Shown: positions 24,509 to 34,505 of the stretch, in pieces | How the letters are laid out: the number at the start of each line of letters is the position of its first letter | Numbering within the stretch: position 1 is the first letter of the stretch | Assembly (NCBI GenBank): GCA_964640385.1 | Contig: CAZXFL010000001.1 | Span: forward strand, 81,609-145,608 | Direction of reading: 5' to 3' | Length of the DNA stretch: 64,000 bases | Source: an uncultured Actinomycetes bacterium | GTDB taxonomy: Bacteria > Actinomycetota > UBA4738 > JBBDHU01 | Made by a program: the position numbers and the translations under genes | The notes under the pieces: generated by a model | Databases searched by the model: none | Seen by the model: the letters and a program-made list of their open reading frames with translations, nothing else | Told to the model about the DNA's origin: nothing

Positions 24509-25354
24509 ATGGGCGCCGCACTCCTAGTCACCCTCCGCGAAGGCATCGAAGCAGTCCTGATCATCACCATCGTCCTCGCCTACCTGAAGCAGCTCGGCCG
24601 CTCCGACAAGGCGAGGCTCGTCTGGTGGGGAACCGGAGTCGCGACCGCCCTGAGCCTGGTCGCCGGAGGCGCCATCGTCGCTGTGGGCGCCGAGTTCGAG
24701 GGCCGCACCGAGGAGCTCTTCGAGGGACTGGTGAGCCTCGCGGCCGTCGCCGTCCTCACGTGGATGATCTTCTGGATGCGCCGCCAGGGCGCCCGCATCA
24801 AGTCCGAGCTCCAGGAGCGCGTCGACTCCGCGCTCATCGGTGGCGGGCTCGCCCTGGCCGGCGTCGCGTTCTTCGCGGTCCTGCGCGAGGGCCTCGAAAC
24901 GGTGCTGTTCCTGTTCAGCGCCAACAAGGCGACCGGCGTCAACGCGTGGACAACCGTCATCGGCGGCCTCCTCGGGCTCGCGATCGCCGCCGCGCTCGGC
25001 TACCTCCTCTACCGGGGAGGGATCAAGCTCAACATGCGGACCTTTTTCAAAGTCACGGGCGGCCTGATCCTGATCGTCGCGGCCGGACTGTTCGCGTTCT
25101 CGATCCACGAGCTGCAGGAGGCCGGTCTCCTCCCCTTCCTGACCCAGACGGCGTGGGACACGTCGGCCGTCCTGCCCGACGAGACCGGGATCGGCGCGAT
25201 CCTGCGAGCCCTGTTCGGGTATCACGCGGACCCATCGGTCTTGGAGGTGGTCGCGTGGATCGGCTACCTGCTGGTGACCGGGATCTACTTCTTCCGTCCA
25301 CCGAAGCCGCTCCCGGCGCTTGCACCGGCCCCGACGGCGGCGACGACGGGCTAA
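24509..25354 (+). CDS. efeU: FTR1/EfeU family high-affinity iron permease
   Basis: two REGxE motifs (LREGIE, LREGLE), MIFWM, HELQEAG; AAAGGA SD. Confidence 0.93.
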   Translation: MGAALLVTLREGIEAVLIITIVLAYLKQLGRSDKARLVWWGTGVATALSLVAGGAIVAVGAEFEGRTEELFEGLVSLAAVAVLTWMIFWMRRQGARIKSELQERVDSALIGGGLALAGVAFFAVLREGLETVLFLFSANKATGVNAWTTVIGGLLGLAIAAALGYLLYRGGIKLNMRTFFKVTGGLILIVAAGLFAFSIHELQEAGLLPFLTQTAWDTSAVLPDETGIGAILRALFGYHADPSVLEVVAWIGYLLVTGIYFFRPPKPLPALAPAPTAATTG

Positions 25355-25597
25355 CCACCCTCGACACCCTGAGCCCCACCGCAACCGCAACGCCGCTGCA
25401 TATCCGGCGTGTCGCGGCCGTATGGGATATCCGCATCAACGATGGCGGCGATGCGCTCGTGGCGGTCGGTCGGTTGACCCTCTCATCGGCGATCGTTGAA
25501 CGTGTCACTTTTTCCACGAACTTTTCTGTCATCGCGACGATGCCGATGACCTGCGGCGCTTCGTGCGAGACCTTGGGCCGCAATGGTTTCACGGGCA

Positions 25598-25626
25598 TTG
25601 ACACGCCTAGGGCGCCTTGCTAGTTT
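25598..25626 (+). promoter_or_regulatory. strong sigmaA promoter TTGACA-17-TAGTTT with extended TGn
   Basis: perfect -35, 17-nt spacer, TGC-TAGTTT; no protein ORF follows on +. Confidence 0.8.
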
Positions 25627-25632
25627 TCGCAC

Positions 25633-25905
25633 CGGCCCCGAGCGGTCGCAGGAACCGTAGGAGCCGAGGAGCACTCCGGACCAACGGAGCGGAACGCGGA
25701 ACGCGGAAGACGCAACGAGGCGGCAACGTCACGGAGCGACGACGGCGAGACGCGGGGCGCATCGCCGGGGGGTGACGATCCGGCACCGCGGTCCCGGGTC
25801 GCTCGGGGCCGACTCTTGGCGGGTCGAAGGACCGAGTAGATAACGCTCGCGTATGGGGAAGGCGTGAGCGGCTCCAAAGGTCCTTCGGCCCGTCCTTTCG
25901 TTTTC
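25633..25905 (+). ncRNA. candidate ~270-nt structured ncRNA (Ms1/6S-like architecture)
   Basis: 12-bp perfect closing stem 25633-25644/25800-25811 plus internal helices; 3' 16-bp hairpin 25818-25833/25879-25894 and U-rich tail; promoter directly upstream. Confidence 0.72.
25818..25905 (+). terminator. terminal hairpin / intrinsic terminator of the ncRNA candidate
   Basis: ggcgggtcgaaggacc pairs with ggtccttcggcccgtc, followed by ctttcgttttc. Confidence 0.6.
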
Positions 25906-25933
25906 ACCAACGCTTTCCCCGGGGCACGCAACG

Positions 25934-27139
25934 TCAGCGGGATCGCAGCGTCCGCACCGCCTCATCTTCCGACCCGAGCGAGACCCACTGACCCGCGTTC
26001 ACCTCGGAGACCGAGATGTCGCGTGCACCCGGCTCGAGTTCACCATTTGCCGAGAATCGGTAGGTCCGAGCAAGCCCATCAGTCTCGACGAGCTCATCCA
26101 CGGCGGCGATCAGGTCTCCTCTGGTCCTTGCGCCCGCCCGAACCGCCTCGATCAACACTTGGCCCGCGTCCCAACCCTCAGCCGAGTACACTCCCGGCGG
26201 GCCACCAAACTTCGCCTGGTACTCCTGGATGAAAGCCTGCAGGGGGAGGTCGGACCCGCCGGTCACGTCCACGCAGGGACAGACGGACAGCGTGCCGTCG
26301 GCGCCCCCTGCGGCGTGGGTCAGGTACGCATCGTTGCGCGTCGCATCGCCTCCGACGAGTCGCACGTCGGTGTCCCCGGCACGATCGAGTTCCTCGCGGA
26401 GGACGGCACCGTCCGCTCCGCCGCCGCTCCAGAACACCGCCTGGCAATGACTCGCATGGATCTCTTCGGCGAGCCCGATCATGTCTTCGGCCCCGGGTTC
26501 CACGAGGAGCGTCCCTTGCGTCTGCACGCCCCGGTCGGCCAGAGCATCCGTGACCGCCCGTCCCAGCCGAACGCTCCGCGCATCGTCCGAGCCCGCGGTG
26601 CAGACCCGGCGCGGCTCGAGCGCATCGATGACGCGTGCGGCCGCCTCCGCTTGCTCCTCATCCGAGGGGACAAGCCGCCGGTAACCGGCGGCTTCGGACC
26701 CTCCAGCCGAAGCCCCGGCGGGCGACAGGTCGATCGTCGGGACCCCTGCGCCCAGCAGCTGGCCGCGCACCTGGTCTGCCTCGGGAGCGGACGACCACGT
26801 CACGGCCGCGACGACCTCAGGATCCTCCACGACCTCCTCCCGCACGGCTTCGGCGGCTATGGTCGGATCCTCCGTCGTGTCGACGCCGAACGCCACCAGG
26901 CCGACGGGCAGTTCCCCCTGCTCGTTGATCCGGTCCAGCGCCAAGCGGGTTCCTTCCAGCGCCCGGTTCGCAGGACCGCTGTTCGGCCCGGTGAGGGCGC
27001 CGATCAAGGCGACCTTCAGGTCCGGGCGATCCGCCAGGGGTGGCCGCGTCGGAACGGCCCCCGGCGGAAGGTCGCGGCATGCGGCGAGCAAGACCGCGAC
27101 CATCATCAGGGCTCCCGCGAAGGAGCGAGTGGGCTTCAT
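25934..27139 (-). CDS. branched-chain amino acid ABC substrate-binding lipoprotein (LivK-like), orphan
   Basis: lipobox LLAAC, IGALTG, YSAEGWDA, Y.F..NGE motifs. Confidence 0.82.
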   Translation of the reverse strand: MKPTRSFAGALMMVAVLLAACRDLPPGAVPTRPPLADRPDLKVALIGALTGPNSGPANRALEGTRLALDRINEQGELPVGLVAFGVDTTEDPTIAAEAVREEVVEDPEVVAAVTWSSAPEADQVRGQLLGAGVPTIDLSPAGASAGGSEAAGYRRLVPSDEEQAEAAARVIDALEPRRVCTAGSDDARSVRLGRAVTDALADRGVQTQGTLLVEPGAEDMIGLAEEIHASHCQAVFWSGGGADGAVLREELDRAGDTDVRLVGGDATRNDAYLTHAAGGADGTLSVCPCVDVTGGSDLPLQAFIQEYQAKFGGPPGVYSAEGWDAGQVLIEAVRAGARTRGDLIAAVDELVETDGLARTYRFSANGELEPGARDISVSEVNAGQWVSLGSEDEAVRTLRSR

Positions 27140-27193
27140 GCGGGCTGTAGTCTAGGTTCGCGCGGGCGCCGGCGCGCACGGCGCTCCTGCGAC

Positions 27194-27277
27194 GCCGGGA
27201 TGGTGGAATTGGCAGACACGCGGGACTCAAAATCCCGTGGGCGAAAGCCCGTGAGGGTTCGACCCCCTCTCCCGGCA
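27194..27277 (+). tRNA. tRNA-Leu(CAA)
   Basis: acceptor GCCGGGA/TCCCGGC-A, anticodon arm CGGGA-CTCAAAA-TCCCG, long variable arm, GTTCGA T-loop; CCA not encoded. Confidence 0.97.
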
Positions 27278-27282
27278 CGTCG

Positions 27283-28062
27283 CTATGCGGGGATCGCCGC
27301 CCGGAACTCCTTGGCCAGGGCGATGGCCCCCGCGAAGTCGCCCGTGAGCATGGGAGCGACAAGCGCGCTCCCGACGGCCACCCCATCCGCGAAGGTGCAC
27401 TGCTCCGCAGCTTCGTCCGGTGTGCTGACGCCGATCCCCACGAGGAGGGGCCGGTCGGTCAGCGGCCGCAGCGCCTCGATCACGTCGCGAGATGCTCCGC
27501 TCAGCGTCCCTCGCTGGCCGGTCACCCCGTAGGTGGCCACGCAGTAGACCCAGCCGCGGGACGCGTCGGCGACCTGCTGCATCCGCTCGGTCGACGTCCC
27601 CGGCGCGGCCAGGAACACCGGGGCCAGCCCCGCCGCGTAGCATCGTTCCGCGAACCCGGCGCCTTCATCCACCGGGAGATCGGGAACGATGAACCCAGAG
27701 ACACCGGCGTCGAGCGACGCCGCGATCCAGGCCTCCTCCCCCATCGCCAGGATCGGGTTCAGGTAGCCCATCAGCAGCACCGGGATCGACAGGTTCGCTT
27801 CCTGCACGAGGGCGAACGCGTCCTTGGGATGGAACCCGGCCTCCAGCGCTCGACGCGACGCCTCCTGGATCACGCTGCCGTCGACCACCGGATCGGAGAA
27901 GGGCACCCCGACCTCGATGGCATCGGCTCCCGCCGCCTCGAACTCCTGCAGGAGTTCGGCGTCGACGCCGAAGAGGCCGCTCGTCACGTAGGGCACGAAC
28001 ACCTTGCCCCCGCCGGCGATCCGTGCGCGCAGCGCGTCCTCGAGCACGAACCCCGTGTTCAC
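27283..28062 (-). CDS. trpA: tryptophan synthase alpha chain
   Basis: [36 protein letters not shown]. Confidence 0.96.
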   Translation of the reverse strand: MNTGFVLEDALRARIAGGGKVFVPYVTSGLFGVDAELLQEFEAAGADAIEVGVPFSDPVVDGSVIQEASRRALEAGFHPKDAFALVQEANLSIPVLLMGYLNPILAMGEEAWIAASLDAGVSGFIVPDLPVDEGAGFAERCYAAGLAPVFLAAPGTSTERMQQVADASRGWVYCVATYGVTGQRGTLSGASRDVIEALRPLTDRPLLVGIGVSTPDEAAEQCTFADGVAVGSALVAPMLTGDFAGAIALAKEFRAAIPA

Positions 28063-29276
28063 CCGAGCACCACGTCTTCACCCAGCGCCTTACGAACGCT
28101 GTCGAGGTCCTTGTCCCCTCGCCCGGAGAGACAGATGAGCACGGACGAGCCCTCCGGGAGTGGCTGATCCAACAGCCAACCGATCACGTGCGAGGGCTCC
28201 AAGGCCGGAAGGATCCCCTCGGTCCTGGCCAGCGCCTGGAACCCGGCCAGCGCCTGCTCGTCGGTCGCGGCCACGTATCGCGCCAGGCCCGCATCCTTGA
28301 GGTAGGAATGCTCGGGTCCAACGCCCGGGTAATCGAGCCCGGCCGAGATCGAATGCGTCGCTGCCACCTGCCCATCCTCGTCCTGGAGGAGGTACGAGCG
28401 AGCGCCGTGGAGCACCCCCGGCTGCCCGAGCGAGAGCGACCGGCAGTGCTCCCCGAGTCCATCCCCGCGGCCACCTGCCTCCACACCGATCAGGGCCGGG
28501 CCCTGTCCGATGAACGCGGTGAACATGCCGATCGCGTTCGAACCCCCGCCCACGCAGGCTAAGACGGCATCCGGATCGACGCCCTCCTCCTCGGCGAACT
28601 GCACCCGGGCCTCATCGCCTATCACTCGCTGGAAGTCCCGCACCATCGCGGGGAAAGGGTGACCCCCGACCACCGACCCGATCACGTAATGCGTGTCGCG
28701 AACGCTGGCTGCCCAGTCGCGCAGCGCCTCGTTGATGGCGTCCTTCAGCGTCCGGGACCCGCTGGTGACGGGAACCACCTCGGCGCCCAGCAGTTTCATC
28801 CGCGCCACGTTCGGGGCCTGGCGCACCGTGTCCTCTTCGCCCATGTACACGACGCACGGCAGCCCGAACAGTGCGCAGGCGGTCGCCGTCGCCACGCCGT
28901 GCTGCCCGGCACCGGTCTCGGCGATGATCCGCTCCTTTCCCAGCCGCCGCGCCAAGAGCACCTGTCCGATCGTGTTGTTGATCTTGTGCGCCCCCGTGTG
29001 CGCGAGGTCCTCCCGCTTGAAATAGACGCGGTACCCGAGTTCGTCGGACAGGTGCGACGCGTAGGTCAGGGGCGTCGGGCGTCCCACGTAGGAGGCGAGC
29101 AGGTCGTCCAGTTCACCGCGGAACGAGCTATCGACACGCAGCTCCGACCACCACCGGGCCAACTCGTCGTGCGCCGGGATCAGGACCTCCGGCACATACC
29201 GCCCGCCGAAAGTCCCGAACCGCCCGCGCGGGTCGGGCGATGCTTCCTCGGCCGACGCCACGTCCGTTGCGCTCAT
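28059..29276 (-). CDS. trpB: tryptophan synthase beta chain
   Basis: [15 protein letters not shown] (PLP lysine), [22 protein letters not shown]. Confidence 0.99.
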   Translation of the reverse strand: MSATDVASAEEASPDPRGRFGTFGGRYVPEVLIPAHDELARWWSELRVDSSFRGELDDLLASYVGRPTPLTYASHLSDELGYRVYFKREDLAHTGAHKINNTIGQVLLARRLGKERIIAETGAGQHGVATATACALFGLPCVVYMGEEDTVRQAPNVARMKLLGAEVVPVTSGSRTLKDAINEALRDWAASVRDTHYVIGSVVGGHPFPAMVRDFQRVIGDEARVQFAEEEGVDPDAVLACVGGGSNAIGMFTAFIGQGPALIGVEAGGRGDGLGEHCRSLSLGQPGVLHGARSYLLQDEDGQVAATHSISAGLDYPGVGPEHSYLKDAGLARYVAATDEQALAGFQALARTEGILPALEPSHVIGWLLDQPLPEGSSVLICLSGRGDKDLDSVRKALGEDVVLG

Positions 29277-30046
29277 ACCGCTGCCCCCAGCAGTTCCCGG
29301 AGCTTCTCGCCGGGATCGTCGGCTTCCATGAGCGCCGTCCCCACGAGGATCGCGTCGGCGCCCGCATCGGTGGCGCGCCTGACCTGCTCGCGCGTCGAGA
29401 TCCCGCTCTCGAACACGGCGACCCGGTCGTCGGGCACCGCCCCAAGCAGCTCGAGCGCGCGTCCCTCGTCAACCTCCAGGGTCTCCAGGTCGCGGGCGTT
29501 CACGCCGATGACACCGGCTCCGCTCGCAACCGCACGATCGAGGTCATCGCGTCCGAACGCCTCCACCAAGGCCTCCATGCCGAGCTCGTGCGCGGCCGCC
29601 AACAGTGTCGCAAGCTCGGACGCCGACAGCGACGTCGCGATCAGCAGCACCGCGTCTGCGCCCTCCGCGCGCGATTCGATCACCTGCGAGGGATGGACGA
29701 GGAAGTCTTTCCGCAGCACCGGCACCTCCACCTCCCGCCGGACAGCGCGCAGATCGGCGAGGGATCCGTGGAAGTGCTTCGGCTCGGTCAAGACCGAGAT
29801 CCCGGCGGCGCCCGCGTCCGTGTAGGCGCGAGCCTGCGCGGCGGGGTCGGTCGTGCGGATCTCGCCGGCTGACGGCGAGGCCTGCTTGACTTCCGCGATG
29901 ACGGCCGGTGTTCCGGACCGGAGCGCCGCCGCGAAGGCCCGGGCGGGCGGCTGCAGACGAGCACGCTCGAGCAGCGTCACGTCATCCAGTGGCTGCGCGT
30001 CGAGGCCGTGACGCACCTCGGCAACATGGTCGGAGAGGAAGCCCAT
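29273..30046 (-). CDS. trpC: indole-3-glycerol phosphate synthase
   Basis: [31 protein letters not shown]; ATG 6 nt after TAGAAT. Confidence 0.96.
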   Translation of the reverse strand: MGFLSDHVAEVRHGLDAQPLDDVTLLERARLQPPARAFAAALRSGTPAVIAEVKQASPSAGEIRTTDPAAQARAYTDAGAAGISVLTEPKHFHGSLADLRAVRREVEVPVLRKDFLVHPSQVIESRAEGADAVLLIATSLSASELATLLAAAHELGMEALVEAFGRDDLDRAVASGAGVIGVNARDLETLEVDEGRALELLGAVPDDRVAVFESGISTREQVRRATDAGADAILVGTALMEADDPGEKLRELLGAAV

Positions 30047-30083
30047 CCCACGATTCTACGGGGCGAGTGTTCTGCAGGCCCGC

Positions 30084-30797
30084 TCAGGCGGCGTGCTCGC
30101 GGATCGCGGCGGCGAGGTCGATCCCGCCCTCGTAGACCGAGCGCCCCACGACCGCGCCCTCGGCGCCGCTGGCGGCGACCTCCTGCAGATGCTCGAGCGA
30201 CGCGATCCCCCCTGCCGCGATCACCGGCCGCCCCGTAGCGACCAGCTGTGTGATCCCTTCGAGGTTGGGTCCGGAGAGCTCCCCCACCCGTGCCACCGAC
30301 GTGCGGACGAACCGCGTGGCACCGATCTCGATCAACCAGTCGACCGTCCCGCCGATGCTGATCTCCAGTGGGGGACGTCCGCGTGGCACGATGCGCGGAC
30401 CGTCGATCTCCAGACCGATCGCCAGCCGCTCCCCGAGTTCCGCGACGAGCATCTCCACCGGCATCCGATTCGCGAGGGCAGCGGAGCCCAGGACGATGCG
30501 CTCGGCCCCGACCTCCAACATCCTCTCGATGTCGGCATGGGAGGCGACGCCGCCGCTCGCCTGCACCTTGAGCCCCAACTGACTCACCCGGGTCACCACG
30601 TCCGCATTGGCCATCGCGCCCTCGAACGCGAGGTTCATGTCCACCACGTGAACCCAGGTCGCCCCGGCCTGCGCGAACGACTCCGCCGCAGCCAGCGGGT
30701 CGCCCCCGAACTCCTCCACGGGAACCCGGGTGCCCCCGGAGAACCTCGCGAGCGTTCCATCGAACACGTCGATGGCCGGGATCACATCGAAAGCCAC
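30084..30797 (-). CDS. priA: divergent HisA/PriA-family phosphoribosyl isomerase
   Basis: IPAID, HVVD, SGG, LGSAAL, GPNL, AAGGI, VVGR; several conserved residues substituted (see findings); GTG 6 nt after TAGGCT. Confidence 0.75.
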   Translation of the reverse strand: MAFDVIPAIDVFDGTLARFSGGTRVPVEEFGGDPLAAAESFAQAGATWVHVVDMNLAFEGAMANADVVTRVSQLGLKVQASGGVASHADIERMLEVGAERIVLGSAALANRMPVEMLVAELGERLAIGLEIDGPRIVPRGRPPLEISIGGTVDWLIEIGATRFVRTSVARVGELSGPNLEGITQLVATGRPVIAAGGIASLEHLQEVAASGAEGAVVGRSVYEGGIDLAAAIREHAA

Positions 30798-30820
30798 GTT
30801 GGCAGCCTAGCCGGGATGGC

Positions 30821-33800
30821 TCATGCAGCGGTAGAGCCGCCGACCGGTTCCTGACGGACCGCGTGGGGCCCCAGCAGGACCCGCAGTTCGGAGAGCAGCC
30901 CGGCGGTCGGATCGACCTTGTAGCCATCTCCGAGGCGCAGCGGGGTCACGCCCGCCTCCCCGACCAGGCGCATCATCACCGGCGTCGTGCCGGGGTTCGC
31001 GGCCAGGACCTCCTTGAGCTGGGCGAGCATCCCGTTCGTACAGCTCGCGGCCGGGACTTCGACGATGACCGGATCTCCGGGTGCCGAGGGCGCCTCGCGC
31101 CCGCCGCCGCTGCCTCTGGCCGTTTCGAGCGGCCTGACCTCCACGGCGCGGAGTTGAAGTTCCCGGCCCCGCAGATCGACCCGGCCGGTAACCACGACCA
31201 TCTGGTCGACCGCGATCAGATCGGGCGCCTGCTCGTAGATGTTCGGGAACGCCACCGCCGACACACCGCCGGCCAGATCCTCGACGCGGAAGAGCGCGTA
31301 CGGCTCGCCCTTCTTCGTATAGCGGCGCGCCACGGTCGCGATGATGCCCCCGACGGTGACCAAGTCACCGTCGCCCTTGTTCCCCAGGTGCGTGATCTCG
31401 GTATCGGTCTGGCGGATCAGGGCATCCGTCACCTCCAGCAGGGGGTGGTCGGTCACGTACTGGCCGAGCATCTCCTTCTCCAGGCGCAGGAAGTCTCGCT
31501 TGTCGAACTCCTCGCCGGCCAGTACCGACTCGTCGATCTCCGTCGCTCCGGCTTCGTCGCCGGTCCCGCCGCCGCCGCCGAAGAGCGAGAATTGACCCGC
31601 TGCCTCGGCCTTGCGCTCGGAGACGATCGGACCCGACACCTTGTCGTAGCCCTCGATCAGCCCGCGGCGCGTGTAGCCCATCGAGTCGAACGCGCCCGCC
31701 AGGACCGAGCTCTCGAGCACCTTCTTGGTCAGCACCCCCGGATCGACCTTGCGGCAGAAGTCGGTGAACGAGGAGAACGCGCTGTACTTGTCGCGCGCCG
31801 CGATGATCTGCTGGACGGCGCCCTCGCCCACGTTGCGCACCGCCGAGAGCCCGTATCGGATCTTCGGTTTCCCGTCCGTCGTCGGGCGGAAGTTGATCCC
31901 GGACTCGTTGACGTCCGGCGGCAGGACCTCGATGTCCATCGAGCGGCACGCGTACAGGTAGAACGGCTTCTTATCCTTGTCACCCTTGACGCTGGTCAGC
32001 ATCGCCGCCATGAACTCGACCGGGTGATGCGCTTTCAGGAAGGCGGTCTGGTAGGCGACGTACGCGTAGGCGCACGCGTGCGAAGCGTTGAAACCGTAGT
32101 CGGCGAACGGCTCCATCAGGTCGAACAGCTCGCGCGCCAACTTCTCCGGGTAGCCGTTCTCGATCGTCCCGGCCGTGAACTTCTGGCGGTGCTTGGCGAC
32201 TGCGTCGCGCTTCTTCTTGCCCATGACCGAACGCAGGTCGTCGGCTTCGGCCATCGAGTAGCCGGCGACGAGCACGGCCAGTTGCATGACCTGCTCCTGG
32301 TAGACCATGACGCCGTAGGTCCCCCCGAGGATCTCCTCCAGGTCCGGATGCGGGTACGTCACCGGACGCCGCCCATGCTTGCGTTCCGCGTACTCGATGT
32401 GCATCCCCTGGTTCAGGGGTCCGGGGCGGTACAGGGCGACCAGGGCCATCAGGTCCTCGAACCGGTCCGGCGCAAGGCTCTTGATCAGCTCGCGCATGCC
32501 GCCGGACTCCATCTGGAAGACGCCGGTGGTGTCGGCACGGCAGAGCATCGCGTACGTCTCAGCATCGTCCAGGGGGATATGGTCGATGTCCAGGTCCACC
32601 CCGCGCCGACGCAGGTGCATCACCGTGTCCTCGATCACGGAAAGGTTGCGGAGGCCGAGGAAGTCCATCTTGAGCAGGCCGAGTTTCTCGACGCCGTGCA
32701 TGTCGAACTGCGTCACGATGCGCCGCGAGTCGTCGCGCGAGTCCTTGGCGAGCTTGAGCGGCAGGTAGTTCACGAGCGGCGCATCGCCGATCACGACGCC
32801 CGCGGCGTGGACCGAGTCCTCGCGCCGCAGTCCCTCCAGGGCCCGGGCGCTGTCGATGATCTCCTGCGCCTCCGGCTCTTGCAGGTACGCCGCCTTCAGC
32901 TCCGGCGACAGCTCGAGTGCCTGCTCGATCGGGTAGTCGCGGCCCATGATGGCGGGCGGGTACATCTTGGCGATGCGGTCCCCCACCGACGCCGGGAACC
33001 CGAGCACGCGCGCAGAGTCGCGGATGCCCTGCTTCCCCTTGATCGTCTGGAACGTGATGATCTGCGCGACGTGGTCCTCGCCGTACTTCTGGGCGACGTA
33101 CCGGATCACCTCGTCACGCCGACGTTCGTCGAAGTCCATGTCGATATCGGGCATCTGGATGCGGCCGGGGTTCAGGAACCGCTCGAAGATCAGGGAGTAC
33201 CGCAGCGGGTCCAGATCGGTGATCCGCAGGCAGTACGACACGACCGAGCCGGCCGCTGACCCGCGCCCCGGACCCACGCGGATCCCACTGTCACGGGCGA
33301 AACGGATCAGGTCCCACACGATAAGGAAGTAGCCGGCGAACCCCATGTCCGAGATGACGCCCAGTTCGTGGTCGATCCGCTCACGGATCTCAGAGGTGAC
33401 CTCGCCGTAGCGCTCGACGGCGCCCTCGTCGACCAATCGCCGCAGGTACGTATCCCGGTCCATCCCGTCCGGGGAATCGAAATGCGGCACCCGGAACTCC
33501 GTCCGTCCCTCGACCAGGACCCGCTCCAGCTCGGCGATCGGCTCGATCATCTCGGCGATCGCGAGTGTGGTGTCGCAGGCATCCGGGAGTTCACGGAAGA
33601 CCTGACGCATCTCCTGCGGCGACTTCAGATAGAAGTGGTCGCCGTCGAAGCGCAGTCGGTCGGTATCGGATTGCTTCTTCTGCTGCTGGATGCACAGCAG
33701 GATGTCGTGTGCCTGGGCGTCCGAGCGCTCGGTGTAATGCAGGTCGTTCGTGGCGACCATCGGGATGCCGGTCGTCGCGGCGAGCTCGATCATCATGGGG

Positions 33801-34366
33801 TTCACCTGACGCTGCTCGGCGATCCCGTGATCCTGCATCTCCAGGAAGTAGTTCCCCTTCCCGAATATGTCGCCGTACGCGCCCGCGACCTCGGCGGCCC
33901 GGTCGCGCTGGCCGGACAGCAGCAGCCGTTGGACCTCACCGGCCAGACACCCCGATAGCCCGATCAGGCCCTCCGCGTGCTCGGCCAGCAGCTCCTTGTC
34001 GATCCTCGGCCGGTGATAGAACCCCTCGAGATACGCGTCGGTGACCAGCCGCAGTAGGTTGCGGTACCCGGTCTCGTCTTTGACCAGGATCGTCAGGTGG
34101 CGGTACTTGGCTTCGGACTCACCCGGCTGGCGATCGAAGCGCGAGCCCGGCGCGACGTACGCCTCGACGCCCAGGATCGGCGTGACCCCGGCCTCGCGTC
34201 CCGCCCGATAGAACTCCAGCGCGCCGAACATCACGCCGTGGTCGGTCATCGCTAGGGCCGGCATCTGCAGCTCGCCGGCCTTCTCGAATAGCGGCCCGAT
34301 ACGGGACGCGCCATCCAGGAGCGAGTATTCGGTGTGCGTATGGAGGTGAACGAAGCCTTCGGCCAT
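30821..34366 (-). CDS. dnaE: DNA polymerase III alpha subunit
   Basis: PHP HLHTHTEYSLLDG, GRGSAAGS, MPDIDMDF, GLLKMDFLGL, YGFNASH, OB fold; no intein seen. Confidence 0.99.
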   Translation of the reverse strand: MAEGFVHLHTHTEYSLLDGASRIGPLFEKAGELQMPALAMTDHGVMFGALEFYRAGREAGVTPILGVEAYVAPGSRFDRQPGESEAKYRHLTILVKDETGYRNLLRLVTDAYLEGFYHRPRIDKELLAEHAEGLIGLSGCLAGEVQRLLLSGQRDRAAEVAGAYGDIFGKGNYFLEMQDHGIAEQRQVNPMMIELAATTGIPMVATNDLHYTERSDAQAHDILLCIQQQKKQSDTDRLRFDGDHFYLKSPQEMRQVFRELPDACDTTLAIAEMIEPIAELERVLVEGRTEFRVPHFDSPDGMDRDTYLRRLVDEGAVERYGEVTSEIRERIDHELGVISDMGFAGYFLIVWDLIRFARDSGIRVGPGRGSAAGSVVSYCLRITDLDPLRYSLIFERFLNPGRIQMPDIDMDFDERRRDEVIRYVAQKYGEDHVAQIITFQTIKGKQGIRDSARVLGFPASVGDRIAKMYPPAIMGRDYPIEQALELSPELKAAYLQEPEAQEIIDSARALEGLRREDSVHAAGVVIGDAPLVNYLPLKLAKDSRDDSRRIVTQFDMHGVEKLGLLKMDFLGLRNLSVIEDTVMHLRRRGVDLDIDHIPLDDAETYAMLCRADTTGVFQMESGGMRELIKSLAPDRFEDLMALVALYRPGPLNQGMHIEYAERKHGRRPVTYPHPDLEEILGGTYGVMVYQEQVMQLAVLVAGYSMAEADDLRSVMGKKKRDAVAKHRQKFTAGTIENGYPEKLARELFDLMEPFADYGFNASHACAYAYVAYQTAFLKAHHPVEFMAAMLTSVKGDKDKKPFYLYACRSMDIEVLPPDVNESGINFRPTTDGKPKIRYGLSAVRNVGEGAVQQIIAARDKYSAFSSFTDFCRKVDPGVLTKKVLESSVLAGAFDSMGYTRRGLIEGYDKVSGPIVSERKAEAAGQFSLFGGGGGTGDEAGATEIDESVLAGEEFDKRDFLRLEKEMLGQYVTDHPLLEVTDALIRQTDTEITHLGNKGDGDLVTVGGIIATVARRYTKKGEPYALFRVEDLAGGVSAVAFPNIYEQAPDLIAVDQMVVVTGRVDLRGRELQLRAVEVRPLETARGSGGGREAPSAPGDPVIVEVPAASCTNGMLAQLKEVLAANPGTTPVMMRLVGEAGVTPLRLGDGYKVDPTAGLLSELRVLLGPHAVRQEPVGGSTAA

Positions 34367-34407
34367 CCGGTCCTTCAGTGGGTACTGTCGCGCCGCCTCC
34401 TCAGGCC

Positions 34408-34427
34408 TGGGGAAAACCTGTGGGAAA
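34408..34427. promoter_or_regulatory. tandem degenerate DnaA-box-like pair upstream of dnaE
   Basis: TGGGGAAAA-cc-TGTGGGAAA, each 2 mismatches from TGTGGATAA. Confidence 0.35.
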
Positions 34428-34505
34428 TGACATCCTTGTGATTCGCGTGCCGCTCACTATATGCTCAGCCGGAGCGGCCTTTCAAGGGGGGAGGGACATC
34501 GAGGT

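Noticed and set aside
25490-25515. CRP site upstream of the ncRNA promoter
   Set aside because: Only a TCACT half-site; the other half does not fit TGTGA-N6-TCACA
25633-25905. Riboswitch interpretation of the structured RNA
   Set aside because: No downstream gene on +; the next gene is convergent; no aptamer consensus recognised
27194-27283. tRNA-Leu as an integration site
   Set aside because: No integrase, no duplicated tRNA 3' end, and trpA ends 5 nt downstream
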